This document shows positions 26,261-34,669 of a stretch of 34,669 nucleotides of DNA, in pieces. How positions within the stretch are numbered: position 1 is the stretch's first letter; the number at the start of each line of letters is the position of its first letter. The DNA comes from a bacterium (lineage in GTDB: Bacteria > Patescibacteriota > UBA1384 > JBDRDK01): assembly GCA_043820855.1 (NCBI GenBank), contig JBDRDK010000039.1, positions 1-34,669 on the forward strand, read 5' to 3'. The translations under genes were made by a program, and so were the position numbers. The notes under the pieces were generated by a model, which worked only from the letters and a program-made list of their open reading frames with translations, ran no database searches and was not told the DNA's origin.

Positions 26261-27373
26261 TTATTCCTCTGTTCTAAGAGGCATGATCACATATATGTAA
26301 TCTTTATCTTTGGGGTTGATTATTCTTGCTGGTGCTAATTTTTCAGTCAGCCCCAATTCCACACTTTCTCCTGACATATTATTTAGGGCATCAATAATAA
26401 ACCTGGCGTTAAAAGCAATTTCAATGTTTTCTCCTTGTACGTCTGATTTAACCTGAATTTTACTGTCCCCGATTTGATTTGATTGCGCGAGTATTATCAG
26501 GTTATCCTTTTCTGTTTTTACACGTACGTTGTTTGCAGTATTTTGAGAAAACAGACTTGCGCCTTTAATAGCGCTTAAAAATTGCTTTTTATTTGTAAGG
26601 ACAATTGTACTTGGTGAAGCAGGTATAATCTGCTCATAACTAGGAAAGGCACCCTCTATCAACCTAGAACTAACTTCAGCGTCGTTATCAAACTTAAATA
26701 AAATTTGGTTTTCAGATATATTAATTTTTAGTTTGTCTTTGGTGTTTGAATAAGCACTTATTATCCTGTGCACTTCTTGCATTGTTTTGGCCGGCACTAT
26801 AACTTTGGGTAAGTCTAACTTACTACCTAAACGAACGGTTTGTTCAGCTAATCTATAACTATCAGTTGACACTAGTTTAAGTTTGTTTTCTGTGAAATTA
26901 AACAACACCCCGGATAATACTGGGCGGGATTCGTCAGTTGCGCAAGCGATAGTTACTTTTGGAATGGCTTCTTCTATCTGCCTAGCAGACACTTCGAAAC
27001 CTTGGTCTTCTTTTATGGTTGGGATAACCGGAAATTCACCCGACTCTATGCCTGATATCTTTGCTTGGTAGTTATCGCTTTGAATGTTTAAACTTAAGTC
27101 GTTTGTTTCTAGTTGAATGTTTGTATCTCTATTGTTGTTAACAAAATCACTTAAGATTCTTGCTGGTACGGTTATTGCGCCCTGTTTATCTATCTTTGCC
27201 CTGACCCAAACATTTATACCTACCTCCAAATTAGTCACTGATAATTTTAACCTTCCTTTGTCGGTAGATATTAACACATTACTAAGTATGGGTAGTGTTT
27301 TCGGACTAGAAATTATTCTAGAACAAAGATTCAAACCCCTGTTTAAATTTTCTTGTGTGCATGCGAGCTTCAT
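26261..27373 (-). CDS. dnaN: DNA polymerase III beta clamp
   Basis: LPILSNVL, RPVLSGV, STDSYRLAE, SRLIEGAFPSY, IAFNARF, VIMPLR. Confidence 0.97.
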   Translation of the reverse strand: MKLACTQENLNRGLNLCSRIISSPKTLPILSNVLISTDKGRLKLSVTNLEVGINVWVRAKIDKQGAITVPARILSDFVNNNRDTNIQLETNDLSLNIQSDNYQAKISGIESGEFPVIPTIKEDQGFEVSARQIEEAIPKVTIACATDESRPVLSGVLFNFTENKLKLVSTDSYRLAEQTVRLGSKLDLPKVIVPAKTMQEVHRIISAYSNTKDKLKINISENQILFKFDNDAEVSSRLIEGAFPSYEQIIPASPSTIVLTNKKQFLSAIKGASLFSQNTANNVRVKTEKDNLIILAQSNQIGDSKIQVKSDVQGENIEIAFNARFIIDALNNMSGESVELGLTEKLAPARIINPKDKDYIYVIMPLRTEE

Positions 27374-27383
27374 AAAACTCCCT

Positions 27384-27651
27384 TTTTATTATTTATATAT
27401 ATTAAAAGAATAGTAATATATTTAATAGGTGTGTTGTTTTTTGTGGATAAATTTAACATTGAACTTATATAAAATTACCTTTAATTGTGGATATCTTGTT
27501 AAAAGATTGTGGTTATTTTGGGTATAAAAGACGCGCCCAGGGGGGTAATTTATTTAATCTGGCAACAGAAGTAGAAAAATCGAAAGAGAAGATGATAATA
27601 TGTTTTTAACCACAACCTTTCCAATAACTTATCCACAGCTTTTGTGGATAA
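27384..27651. other. oriC (dnaA-dnaN part): DnaA boxes plus AT-rich unwinding element
   Basis: Perfect boxes at 27442-27450, 27629-27637 and 27643-27651; near-boxes at 27486, 27508 and 27606; AT-rich tract 27384-27427. Confidence 0.88.
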
Positions 27652-29010
27652 CTAATAACCGTATAAAGCTTCTTTGATCTTGGCTAAATCTGACTGAAGA
27701 CTTGGGCTATTTTGAGCTTCTTTTTCTATCTTTTCACAACCGTGCATTATAGTAGTATGGTCCTTTTTGCCTAAAAAAGTAGCGATGCGAGGAAAGGAAT
27801 AGTTCATCTCAACCCGTAGCAAATACATGGTAATTTGTCTGGGCGCAACAACCTCTTTGCTGCGACCCCTGCTAATCAAATCTTCCTTTTTTAGATTATA
27901 ATGTCTGCAAACAGACTCTAAGATCTTTTCAGAAGTTATTGATTTTAAGTTTGGCTTAATTAGTTCCTTTAATGCGAGCTTAGCGTCTTCAAAGCTTATA
28001 TTTTGTTGGTTAAGCTCAACATAAGCCATTAAGCGATTAAGGGCGCCCTCCAGTTCTCGAATATTAGTTTGAATATTTAAAGCGATATACTCTATGGTTT
28101 CTGGTTCTAGTTGTAGTTTTTTTTCTTGAGATTTGGACTCTAGAATGGCCTTGCGGGTTTCAAAGTCAGGTACGCCTATGTCGGCGATCACGCCCCAACC
28201 AAAACGTGACTTCAAGCGATCTTCCAGGGTGGCTATGGCCTTAGGCGGACGATCCGAAGAAAGAACTATTTGTTTGTTAAGTTGATGTAGGTAATTAAAA
28301 GTATGGAAAAATTCTTCCTGTGTGCCTTCTTTGCCCGCTAAAAATTGAACATCATCAATCAGTAGTGCGTCAGTTCCTCTATAGGTTTTTTTGAAATCAT
28401 TTACATTGCCGGACCGGATAGATTGAATGAACTCATTGCAAAAACGTTCACAAGATACATATAGCACCTTGTTTTTAGGGTCTTTTTTTTGGATCTCGCG
28501 ACCTATGGCTTGCATTAGATGAGTTTTACCCAAGCCCACGCCCCCGTATAGAAATAAAGGATTATAGGACTTACCAGGATTTTTGCTTATAGCTAGCCCT
28601 GCCGCGTGGGCTAATTTATTGCTCTGGCCAACCACAAAAGTTTTAAACGTATATTTCGGGTTCAAGGAAGTTGTTTTTGTGGTTTTCTTGGTATTAGCCA
28701 TAACAGTATTGTGAAGGTCTGTGGCTTGTGTTTTCGGTTTGGTTAGTTTTTGGTTAGTAATTTTTCCCGAACTAACTTTAAATTCAATTTTTTTTATCGT
28801 TGAAACTTGTTTTCTAAGAATTTTTAAAACCTGGTCATAGTATTTTTTCTTTAACCATTCTTGGATAAATATACTTGGAACGCCAATTATAATTTGGTTG
28901 TCATCAATTTCTAAAATAACCGTGTCTTTAAACCAAGTTCTATAAATAGCGTTTGACAGGGTCAGTTCAAGTTCTGCCAAAGCAACGTCCCAAACTTTGT
29001 CTTTATCCAT
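27652..29010 (-). CDS. dnaA: Chromosomal replication initiator DnaA
   Basis: LNPKYTF, YNPLFLYGGVGLGKTHL, IDDVQF, NIRELEGAL, KDHTTIMHG. Start moved to ATG 29010 (MDKDKVW); the ORF-track start lies on a DnaA box. Confidence 0.97.
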   Translation of the reverse strand: MDKDKVWDVALAELELTLSNAIYRTWFKDTVILEIDDNQIIIGVPSIFIQEWLKKKYYDQVLKILRKQVSTIKKIEFKVSSGKITNQKLTKPKTQATDLHNTVMANTKKTTKTTSLNPKYTFKTFVVGQSNKLAHAAGLAISKNPGKSYNPLFLYGGVGLGKTHLMQAIGREIQKKDPKNKVLYVSCERFCNEFIQSIRSGNVNDFKKTYRGTDALLIDDVQFLAGKEGTQEEFFHTFNYLHQLNKQIVLSSDRPPKAIATLEDRLKSRFGWGVIADIGVPDFETRKAILESKSQEKKLQLEPETIEYIALNIQTNIRELEGALNRLMAYVELNQQNISFEDAKLALKELIKPNLKSITSEKILESVCRHYNLKKEDLISRGRSKEVVAPRQITMYLLRVEMNYSFPRIATFLGKKDHTTIMHGCEKIEKEAQNSPSLQSDLAKIKEALYGY

Positions 29011-29054
29011 AGCTATAATCCTGTCTTGCGTTGTTTTAAAGAGTATAATTAAGG

Positions 29055-29113
29055 TTATCCACAACGTAAGACTATAATATCAATTTTATCCACAGCTATC
29101 AATTTTATCCACA
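29055..29113. promoter_or_regulatory. Three perfect DnaA boxes upstream of dnaA
   Basis: TTATCCACA at 29055, 29086 and 29105; the latter two sit in a 17-bp duplication, tatcaattttatccaca. Confidence 0.9.
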
Positions 29114-29121
29114 AGTATTAA

Positions 29122-29130
29122 ATTATAGCA
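29122..29130 (-). promoter_or_regulatory. Extended -10 of dnaA (TGcTATAAT)
   Basis: Reverse complement of attatagca, just upstream of the DnaA boxes. Confidence 0.6.
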
Positions 29131-29235
29131 TATATTTACAGATAACAACAAGAAATTAGATAAGCACATTTGATTTTTTTAGCAGCTTAGATTAAAATAA
29201 AACAGATTAAACAAATCATTTTTTTATTTAATACT

Positions 29236-29400
29236 ATGAAAAGAACATATCAACCAAAAAAAGCTAAAAGAGTCAAGACCCATGGTTTCCGGAAAAGAAA
29301 CGCTTCAGTATCCGGTGCAGCTGTTTTAAGGCGTAGAAGGGCAAAAGGCAGAAAAAAGCTTACACCCAGCTTGACTAAAAAACAGCGAAAAAATAAATAA
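29236..29400 (+). CDS. rpmH: 50S ribosomal protein L34 (54 aa, short basic C-terminal extension)
   Basis: Not in ORF track: [54 protein letters not shown]. Confidence 0.96.
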   Translation: MKRTYQPKKAKRVKTHGFRKRNASVSGAAVLRRRRAKGRKKLTPSLTKKQRKNK

Positions 29401-29723
29401 TGCTAGCTAAAACATATAAACTTACAAGCCAAGATTATAGTAAAGTATTAAAAAACGGAAAAAAGATAAATCTAGGTTGGGTAGGTATAGTGTACACAAC
29501 AAGCCAGAACAACAAACCAATGTTTGGTTTAGTTGTACCGGCGTCAGTAATAGCTAAAGCAGTTCAAAGAAATCAGATCAAAAGAAAAATATATAACACA
29601 GTACAAGATATAATTTCAACTGAGTTAAAGCATAATTATAAAGTATTAATTAGAGTGTTCAGAAAACCCAACAAGCAGGATTATCAAAAGCTGTATAACA
29701 CAATAAATGATTTACTATGTTGA
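29400..29723 (+). CDS. rnpA: Ribonuclease P protein component
   Basis: FGLVV....KAVQRNQIKR (RNR-like motif); follows rpmH. Confidence 0.9.
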   Translation: MLAKTYKLTSQDYSKVLKNGKKINLGWVGIVYTTSQNNKPMFGLVVPASVIAKAVQRNQIKRKIYNTVQDIISTELKHNYKVLIRVFRKPNKQDYQKLYNTINDLLC

Positions 29724-29953
29724 GATACATAGCGTTAAGATCAATACGACTATATCAGAAAACTTTATCGCCAGACCACGGGGTTATGCGCAAAGTATTA
29801 GGTGAAAGATTTTGTAAGTTTCAACCAACTTGTTCAGAATATACATACCAAGTAATTAATAAACACGGTTTTTTCAAAGGGAGTTTTATGGGGTTATGGC
29901 GGGTTTTAAGATGTAACCCTTGGAACGCTGGAGGAAAAGACTCAGTGAAATAA
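29717..29953 (+). CDS. yidD: Membrane protein insertion efficiency factor YidD
   Basis: YQKTLSP, CKFQPTCSEY, RVLRCNPW..GGKD. Confidence 0.93.
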   Translation: MLRYIALRSIRLYQKTLSPDHGVMRKVLGERFCKFQPTCSEYTYQVINKHGFFKGSFMGLWRVLRCNPWNAGGKDSVK

Positions 29954-29955
29954 TA

Positions 29956-30013
29956 TCGGTGATTAGTTAGGATTTTATCTACAAGTAACCAGCCACCAGC
30001 AATCAATAACTAT
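29956..30013. repeat. Degenerate inverted heptamer array
   Basis: tcggtga/ttagtta ... taaccag/ccaccag/caatcaa/taactat. Confidence 0.6.
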
Positions 30014-30020
30014 TTTTATT

Positions 30021-30788
30021 ATGGATATAGGAAAATATTTACTTTATCAACCACTGTTTAATGTCTTAGTTTTTCTAAGCTTTTTATTTTCAGGCAATCT
30101 AGGTATAGCGATAATTGTATTGACTATACTGATTAGATTAGTTTTGTTTCCATCATTTAAAAAAACCTTAGAAATTTCCAGGGCCCAACAGGATCTACAG
30201 CCAAAAATAGACGAGCTTCGCAAAGAACACAAAAACGACAAACAGAAACAAAGCGGAGAGATGATGAAGCTGTTTCAGGAAAACAAAGTAAACCCATTTT
30301 CTAGCTGTCTGCCCACTATAGTTCAGTTGATAATACTAATATCTTTATATTCTGTATTGCGTGAGGGTATAAGTGTTGAAATGTTTGACGAGCATTTGTG
30401 GTCATTTATACCAAGACCTGATCAAATACATACCCACTTTTTGATATTTGATCTTACCAAACATGATTTGTGGATATTGCCTACTCTTGCCGGGGGTTTT
30501 CAGCTTATACAGTCATACTTGATGATGTCTAGAGCTAAGTCAAAAGTAACTCCATCTACTCAAAACACTTTAATGAAAAATATGATGTACTTTTTCCCGA
30601 TATTTACATTTATCATAGCTCGACAGTTTCCAGCTGCTCTGGCTTTGTATTGGACTGTAAACACCGGATTTTCTGCTTATCAACAGTATTTAGTAAATCA
30701 TGATTTGGACATATTAATGCGAAAAAATTCGAACAAGCCCAACAAAGTAAAGCTTTCGGTAAAAACCAAAAAACGATCTAAAAAATAA
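30021..30788 (+). CDS. yidC: YidC/Oxa1 membrane insertase (short, monoderm type)
   Basis: GIAIIVLTILIRLVLFP, LQPKI, NPFSSCLP..VQ, PAALALYW. Confidence 0.93.
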   Translation: MDIGKYLLYQPLFNVLVFLSFLFSGNLGIAIIVLTILIRLVLFPSFKKTLEISRAQQDLQPKIDELRKEHKNDKQKQSGEMMKLFQENKVNPFSSCLPTIVQLIILISLYSVLREGISVEMFDEHLWSFIPRPDQIHTHFLIFDLTKHDLWILPTLAGGFQLIQSYLMMSRAKSKVTPSTQNTLMKNMMYFFPIFTFIIARQFPAALALYWTVNTGFSAYQQYLVNHDLDILMRKNSNKPNKVKLSVKTKKRSKK

Positions 30789-30796
30789 TATCTCTT

Positions 30797-30891
30797 TGTC
30801 ATTCTGAACTGACGCTACTGCGTCATCCTGAACTTGCCCGCCCAGAGCTCAGCCGAACGCCCAAGCTCATTACGAGTAAATTCGGGATGAC
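30797..30891. repeat. Nested REP-like mosaic
   Basis: gtcatcctgaa (30822) pairs with ttcgggatgac (30881); extra arm gtcattctgaact; tgacgc-tact-gcgtca hairpin; inner family-A copy at 30834-30857. Confidence 0.7.
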
Positions 30892-30925
30892 CATTATTTG
30901 TATATAATATATATGAAAAGGTATA

Positions 30926-31015
30926 GGAAGCGTGCCAGAGTGGTTTAATGGACCTGTTTCGAAAACAGGTGTAGTCGCAAGACTACCAGAGGTTCGAATC
31001 CTCTCGCTTCCGCCA
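30926..31015 (+). tRNA. tRNA-Ser(CGA)
   Basis: Acceptor GGAAGCG/CGCTTCC-G-CCA; anticodon arm cctgt-tt-CGA-aa-acagg; long variable arm gtagtc-gcaa-gactac; T-loop GTTCGAATC. Confidence 0.97.
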
Positions 31016-31105
31016 TTAGACTTTCTGATTTTTTAGAATGGATTTAAAAAAATGCAGAAGCACTCATGGTCTTCGACCGTTCAACTTAAATTGAAAAAAT
31101 CGAAT

Positions 31106-31147
31106 GTGCTGAGCGATCCTGAGTTTATCGAAGGAGAGTCGAAGTAC
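31106..31147 (+). repeat. REP-like family A copy nested in a related copy
   Basis: gtgctgagcga[tcctgagtttatcgaagga]gagtcgaagtac. Confidence 0.7.
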
Positions 31148-31227
31148 AGTTTCAAATCAAAGTAGGCACGCATTGCTTTTTTAATTATCACCTCTAGATA
31201 GTTAAACAATCTAGTATTGTTAAATTC

Positions 31228-31249
31228 TGGTACAATATTATAAAGGAGG
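31228..31249 (+). promoter_or_regulatory. Extended -10 (TGgTACAAT) and SD (AAAGGAGG) for the PilB/GspE gene
   Basis: tggtacaat at 31228-31236; aaaggagg at 31242-31249. Confidence 0.65.
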
Positions 31250-31253
31250 AGAG

Positions 31254-33005
31254 ATTACTAACACACAGAACAGTTCACAAGACATAACTGAGACATTAAC
31301 TGCGGGTGCTTCCCCTAAAAAAGTTCAAGATCGAACCTTTACTAAAGATAACAAAACACACCCTACGGCAAACATAAAGATTGATAAGGAGTTAGAGGGC
31401 TATAAAAAACAAAAAGAAGAAATTTTTGTACAAAACAAAGCTAAGAATTTAGGTTATCCGTATTTAAATTTAGTTGGTAAGCATATTCCACCAAAACCGT
31501 TAAGTATAATTCCAAAAGTTATTGCGCAAAAGCACAAAATAACACCTTACACAATCCAAGGCAATAAGTTGTGGATTGCTGCAGTTAATCCAGAAGACCA
31601 CGAGATGACAGCTCAGATTTTACAACTTTTGAAGCCACACAATCTAGACATGGCCATAGCTATAATTTCTGAGACCAGTCTAAGATATGCTTTAAAAAGC
31701 TATGATTTTGTTGTTGTATCAAAGCCAATGAGCGACACAGCTGAAATAAGCAAAGGTACTGAAGAGACAATCAAACAAGAAATTAAATCAGTAGCTAATT
31801 TAAAAGCTCGACTATGCCAATCTTCTACTTCACAGGTTCTCGATGTTCTTATATCAGGGGCTATCCAAGTAAAGGCCTCAGATATACACATTGAACCCAA
31901 AGAAAATACAGCCAGAATTCGTTTTCGAATTGACGGATTTTTGCATACTATATCCGAACTACCACAAGAAACATACAAACTGTTAAGATCCCGGATAAAA
32001 TTTTTGGCAAAACTAAAATTAGATTTAAGTAAATTGCCTCAAGACGGTCAATTTGAGGTAACTCAACTTCAAAAAAAAATAGATGTTCGAGTATCAAGTT
32101 TACCGTCAGTATATGGAGAAAATCTAGTTTTAAGATTATTAACTCAAGAAAATAGATTTTATTCTCTGGACGATCTGGGCTTTAATGATGTTGTACAGCA
32201 AGCAGTGAAAGAAGCTATATCTAAGCCCCACGGTATGATTTTAAACACCGGCCCTACTGGATCAGGCAAGACTACAACACTCTACGCAATACTAGAACAA
32301 TTAAATAAACCCGGAGTGAAGATTATTACCTTAGAGGATCCAGTTGAATACCGTTTACAAGGGATAAGTCAATCTCAGATTGACCCAGAGAATGGGTATG
32401 ATTATGTAGCCGGAATTCGATCAGTTGTTCGTCAAGATCCGGATATTATTATGATAGGAGAGATAAGAGATCGCGAAACTGCCAAAACCGGCATTCAAGC
32501 TGCCCAAACAGGCCATTTAGTTTTATCCACCCTACATACAAACAATGCTGTAGCTACTATTGTCCGTTTAACTGAAATGGGGGTCGAACCGTACCTATTA
32601 CCCGGCTCAATTAATCTAATTATTGCTCAAAGATTAGTTCGAAAAATATGTCAAAGCTGTCGTGAGCAATATTTGCCTGATCAGAAAATTATCGATGAAA
32701 TACAAAATATTTGGAAAAACACACCAAGTAAATTTCGAAACAATAAGTCGATTCCTAATAAATTATGGAGGGGGAAAAAGTGTGAGAGATGTAATAATAC
32801 GGGATATTCTGGAAGAATAACTGTCGCGGAAGCTTTAACCCCAGACAGTGAAATTGAAAATATGGTTATAAATAGAAACTCTGTGCTAGATATTCAGAAA
32901 ACTGCTCGGAGAAAAGGTATGGTAAGTCTTTTGGAGGATGGGATATCGAAGGTTTTGGAAGGTGTTACAACTATTGATGAAGTTTGGAGAGTTGCAAAAG
33001 AATAA
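31254..33005 (+). CDS. GspE/PulE/PilB-family pilus assembly ATPase (583 aa, probable ATT start)
   Basis: ASDIHIEP, PQDG, GPTGSGKTTTLY, TLEDPVE, RQDPDIIMIGEIRD, STLHTN, CxxC x2. The frame is open 105 codons upstream of the ORF-track start and encodes the N-domain (AKNLGYPYLNL...LSIIP...A). Confidence 0.9.
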   Translation: MTNTQNSSQDITETLTAGASPKKVQDRTFTKDNKTHPTANIKIDKELEGYKKQKEEIFVQNKAKNLGYPYLNLVGKHIPPKPLSIIPKVIAQKHKITPYTIQGNKLWIAAVNPEDHEMTAQILQLLKPHNLDMAIAIISETSLRYALKSYDFVVVSKPMSDTAEISKGTEETIKQEIKSVANLKARLCQSSTSQVLDVLISGAIQVKASDIHIEPKENTARIRFRIDGFLHTISELPQETYKLLRSRIKFLAKLKLDLSKLPQDGQFEVTQLQKKIDVRVSSLPSVYGENLVLRLLTQENRFYSLDDLGFNDVVQQAVKEAISKPHGMILNTGPTGSGKTTTLYAILEQLNKPGVKIITLEDPVEYRLQGISQSQIDPENGYDYVAGIRSVVRQDPDIIMIGEIRDRETAKTGIQAAQTGHLVLSTLHTNNAVATIVRLTEMGVEPYLLPGSINLIIAQRLVRKICQSCREQYLPDQKIIDEIQNIWKNTPSKFRNNKSIPNKLWRGKKCERCNNTGYSGRITVAEALTPDSEIENMVINRNSVLDIQKTARRKGMVSLLEDGISKVLEGVTTIDEVWRVAKE

Positions 33006-33034
33006 AAAACAGCGGCACTAAGTCCGCTGTTTTT
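33004..33034. terminator. Bidirectional intrinsic terminator
   Basis: aaaaaacagcgg-cactaagt-ccgctgttttt between convergent genes. Confidence 0.9.
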
Positions 33035-33051
33035 CTATAATATATTTTATA

Positions 33052-33411
33052 TTAAGTAGTAAGAACTAATTCGTAAACCCACCCAATTATTGCATACGCA
33101 GCACCAATAATAATTAATCCAATAATTGCATTTACTAGTGTATTTCTGCCAGCAGTTGCTTTTTCTGCATCTCCTGCAGAAGTAATGTATTGATAACCTC
33201 CCCAAATAGCATAGATTACAGCAAATACCATCGCAAAAATCAAAAACCATAATATTACAGTTTGAATTAATCGTGGGAAGTCATTTACCGGGAAAGACCC
33301 CCTTGGGATAAAATTATTCCATGGTTCTATGCTCCTAGATTGAGCAAAAGCTACAGCGGGAGCTAAAATACTAGCAGTAACACCGGAAATAGTTGCAAAT
33401 AATTTTTTCAT
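33052..33411 (-). CDS. TrbC/VirB2-like pilin
   Basis: Signal peptide ending AVAFA; TM-GGYQYITSAGDAEKATAGRNTLVNAIIGL-TM. Confidence 0.88.
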   Translation of the reverse strand: MKKLFATISGVTASILAPAVAFAQSRSIEPWNNFIPRGSFPVNDFPRLIQTVILWFLIFAMVFAVIYAIWGGYQYITSAGDAEKATAGRNTLVNAIIGLIIIGAAYAIIGWVYELVLTT

Positions 33412-33480
33412 AAACCTCTCCTTTAATTATTGTATGATTACTATCTCTATACACATAGTAGTATTAAATTATATATTTTG

Positions 33481-34248
33481 TCAAATTAGAAACGTCTGTC
33501 TAATAAAAATCATGATACCATATGCTGAAAGTGAAATTATCAGGCCAACCACTGCCCAAATTAAAGATTTTTTTGCTCCTGCTGTTTTGTCTACATCACC
33601 TAATGCTAGTCCGTATTGAATACCAGAAATCAAAATCCATATTACAGCTGCAACCCAAGCAACGGTTAACAATACTTCGACTATCCCTCCTGCAAAACAA
33701 GCCAAGTCACTGATAGTAAAGTTTTCAGCATTTAATAAAGTATTTCTGACTCTTGTATATCCGGTGTCATTAATATTACAAGCAGTTCCTACGGCTCCCC
33801 CACCAGCACTGCCAACAACAGCCATTCCTTTTATTGCTGCGCCCCACCCACTTTGAGGAGTTAAGCCAATAGGTATAGTAATAGAGTATTTACCACCCAT
33901 TATGCCATCACCAGTGCCAGATACAGGCTGACCATTGTGATCATAAACATCTACACCCTGAATATCATCTATTGAAGCAAATGGACTTGGTATTACATTA
34001 TTGATTATCCATACATTACCTGATGCTTGGGATTCATTCAATTCCCAATATTCGTCAAAACCCCTGGGAATTTCTTTATATTCTTTTTCTTCTTCATTAT
34101 TTTCATCTCCACTTCTTGGATCTATGTCTTCGTCTTGAGCAAAAACAATTTGAGCAGAATATACAGAATATTTAAAAGGTAGAAAAATAATAAATCCACC
34201 TAGGACTAAGAAAATCAAGATTTTAGTAATATTGAAATAATTTTTCAT
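33481..34248 (-). CDS. TrbC/VirB2-like pilin with an N-terminal extracellular extension
   Basis: Signal peptide, acidic/Gly-rich domain, C-terminal SGIQYGLALGDVDKTAGAKKSLIWAVVGL. Confidence 0.8.
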   Translation of the reverse strand: MKNYFNITKILIFLVLGGFIIFLPFKYSVYSAQIVFAQDEDIDPRSGDENNEEEKEYKEIPRGFDEYWELNESQASGNVWIINNVIPSPFASIDDIQGVDVYDHNGQPVSGTGDGIMGGKYSITIPIGLTPQSGWGAAIKGMAVVGSAGGGAVGTACNINDTGYTRVRNTLLNAENFTISDLACFAGGIVEVLLTVAWVAAVIWILISGIQYGLALGDVDKTAGAKKSLIWAVVGLIISLSAYGIMIFIRQTFLI

Positions 34249-34279
34249 ATTTTGGCGACTTATTATTTTTTATTATAAT

Positions 34280-34669
34280 TTATTCAGGGTCTGAGACCGG
34301 ATTATCGTTTCCATTACTGTCTCCATTTGGAACTGGAGTGTTGTTTTCATCTCCGTTTCCATTACCACCAGACGTGCCCGACCCGCTTATTTTTAATTCA
34401 ATAAAGCTAACTATAGCATATGCTGCGAAAGCGATTATTAATCCAATAACTGCTCCGATTACTGCATTTTTGCCTTGATTTGCAACAGAGGGGTCGCCTG
34501 CCGAAGTTATATACAGATACCCGCCCCATATTATTGCTACTACGGTAACAACCACAGCGATTATAGTAATAAAACCAATAATGTTACGGACATAAACCAT
34601 CAAATCTTCCCACGGTGTGTTTGTATGACCCGGTAATTTAGGGCTGGAGATGTCATCAAAGTTATCACC
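34280..34669 (-). CDS. TrbC/VirB2-like pilin with a Gly/Asn tail (5' end beyond window)
   Basis: GGYLYITSAGDPSVANQGKNAVIGAVIGL; frame open to the window edge. Confidence 0.82.
   Translation of the reverse strand, partial: GDNFDDISSPKLPGHTNTPWEDLMVYVRNIIGFITIIAVVVTVVAIIWGGYLYITSAGDPSVANQGKNAVIGAVIGLIIAFAAYAIVSFIELKISGSGTSGGNGNGDENNTPVPNGDSNGNDNPVSDPE

Noticed and set aside
29011-29064. 18-aa N-terminal extension of DnaA from the ORF track
   Set aside because: It begins on a DnaA box (MWIT is the box translation); ATG 29010 fits the DnaA domain I start.
8757-31015. ICE or prophage integrated at tRNA-Ser
   Set aside because: No integrase, no duplicated tRNA 3' end seen, and core oriC genes lie between the tRNA and the T4SS.
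1-34669. Alternative genetic code (TGA=Gly)
   Set aside because: murE and valS end at TGA at plausible positions, and conserved genes have no internal TGA.

Overview
Low-GC chromosomal window around the replication origin of what looks like a Patescibacteria (CPR) bacterium. The assignment is inferred from a compact ValS, a PaaX/Cas2-like small gene, a PrgI-VirB4-VirB6 locus with VirB2-like pilins, and murE plus femAB; TGA is used as stop, so code 11. Left to right: polA 5' end, murE, femAB-family gene, tsaD, valS, a four-helix-bundle gene, a TPR membrane protein, a PaaX/Cas2-like gene between two 38-bp direct repeats, and a ~16-kb type IV secretion-like operon (8757-24815). Then come dciA-like, recF, dnaN, oriC, dnaA, rpmH, rnpA, yidD, yidC, tRNA-Ser(CGA), a PilB/GspE ATPase and three VirB2-like pilins. 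Most notable: (1) a 1519-aa T4SS-operon protein whose M15-type Zn-peptidase motifs lie ~1,350 aa apart; (2) a family of inverted 7-/8-mer arrays that fill gene junctions, enter tsaD in frame and bracket the four-helix-bundle gene; (3) the repeat-flanked PaaX/Cas2-like cassette; (4) an apparently dead YkuD domain; (5) a probable ATT start for the PilB/GspE gene; (6) REP-like hairpins inside genes and nested in each other. All family calls are by eye; no searches were run.
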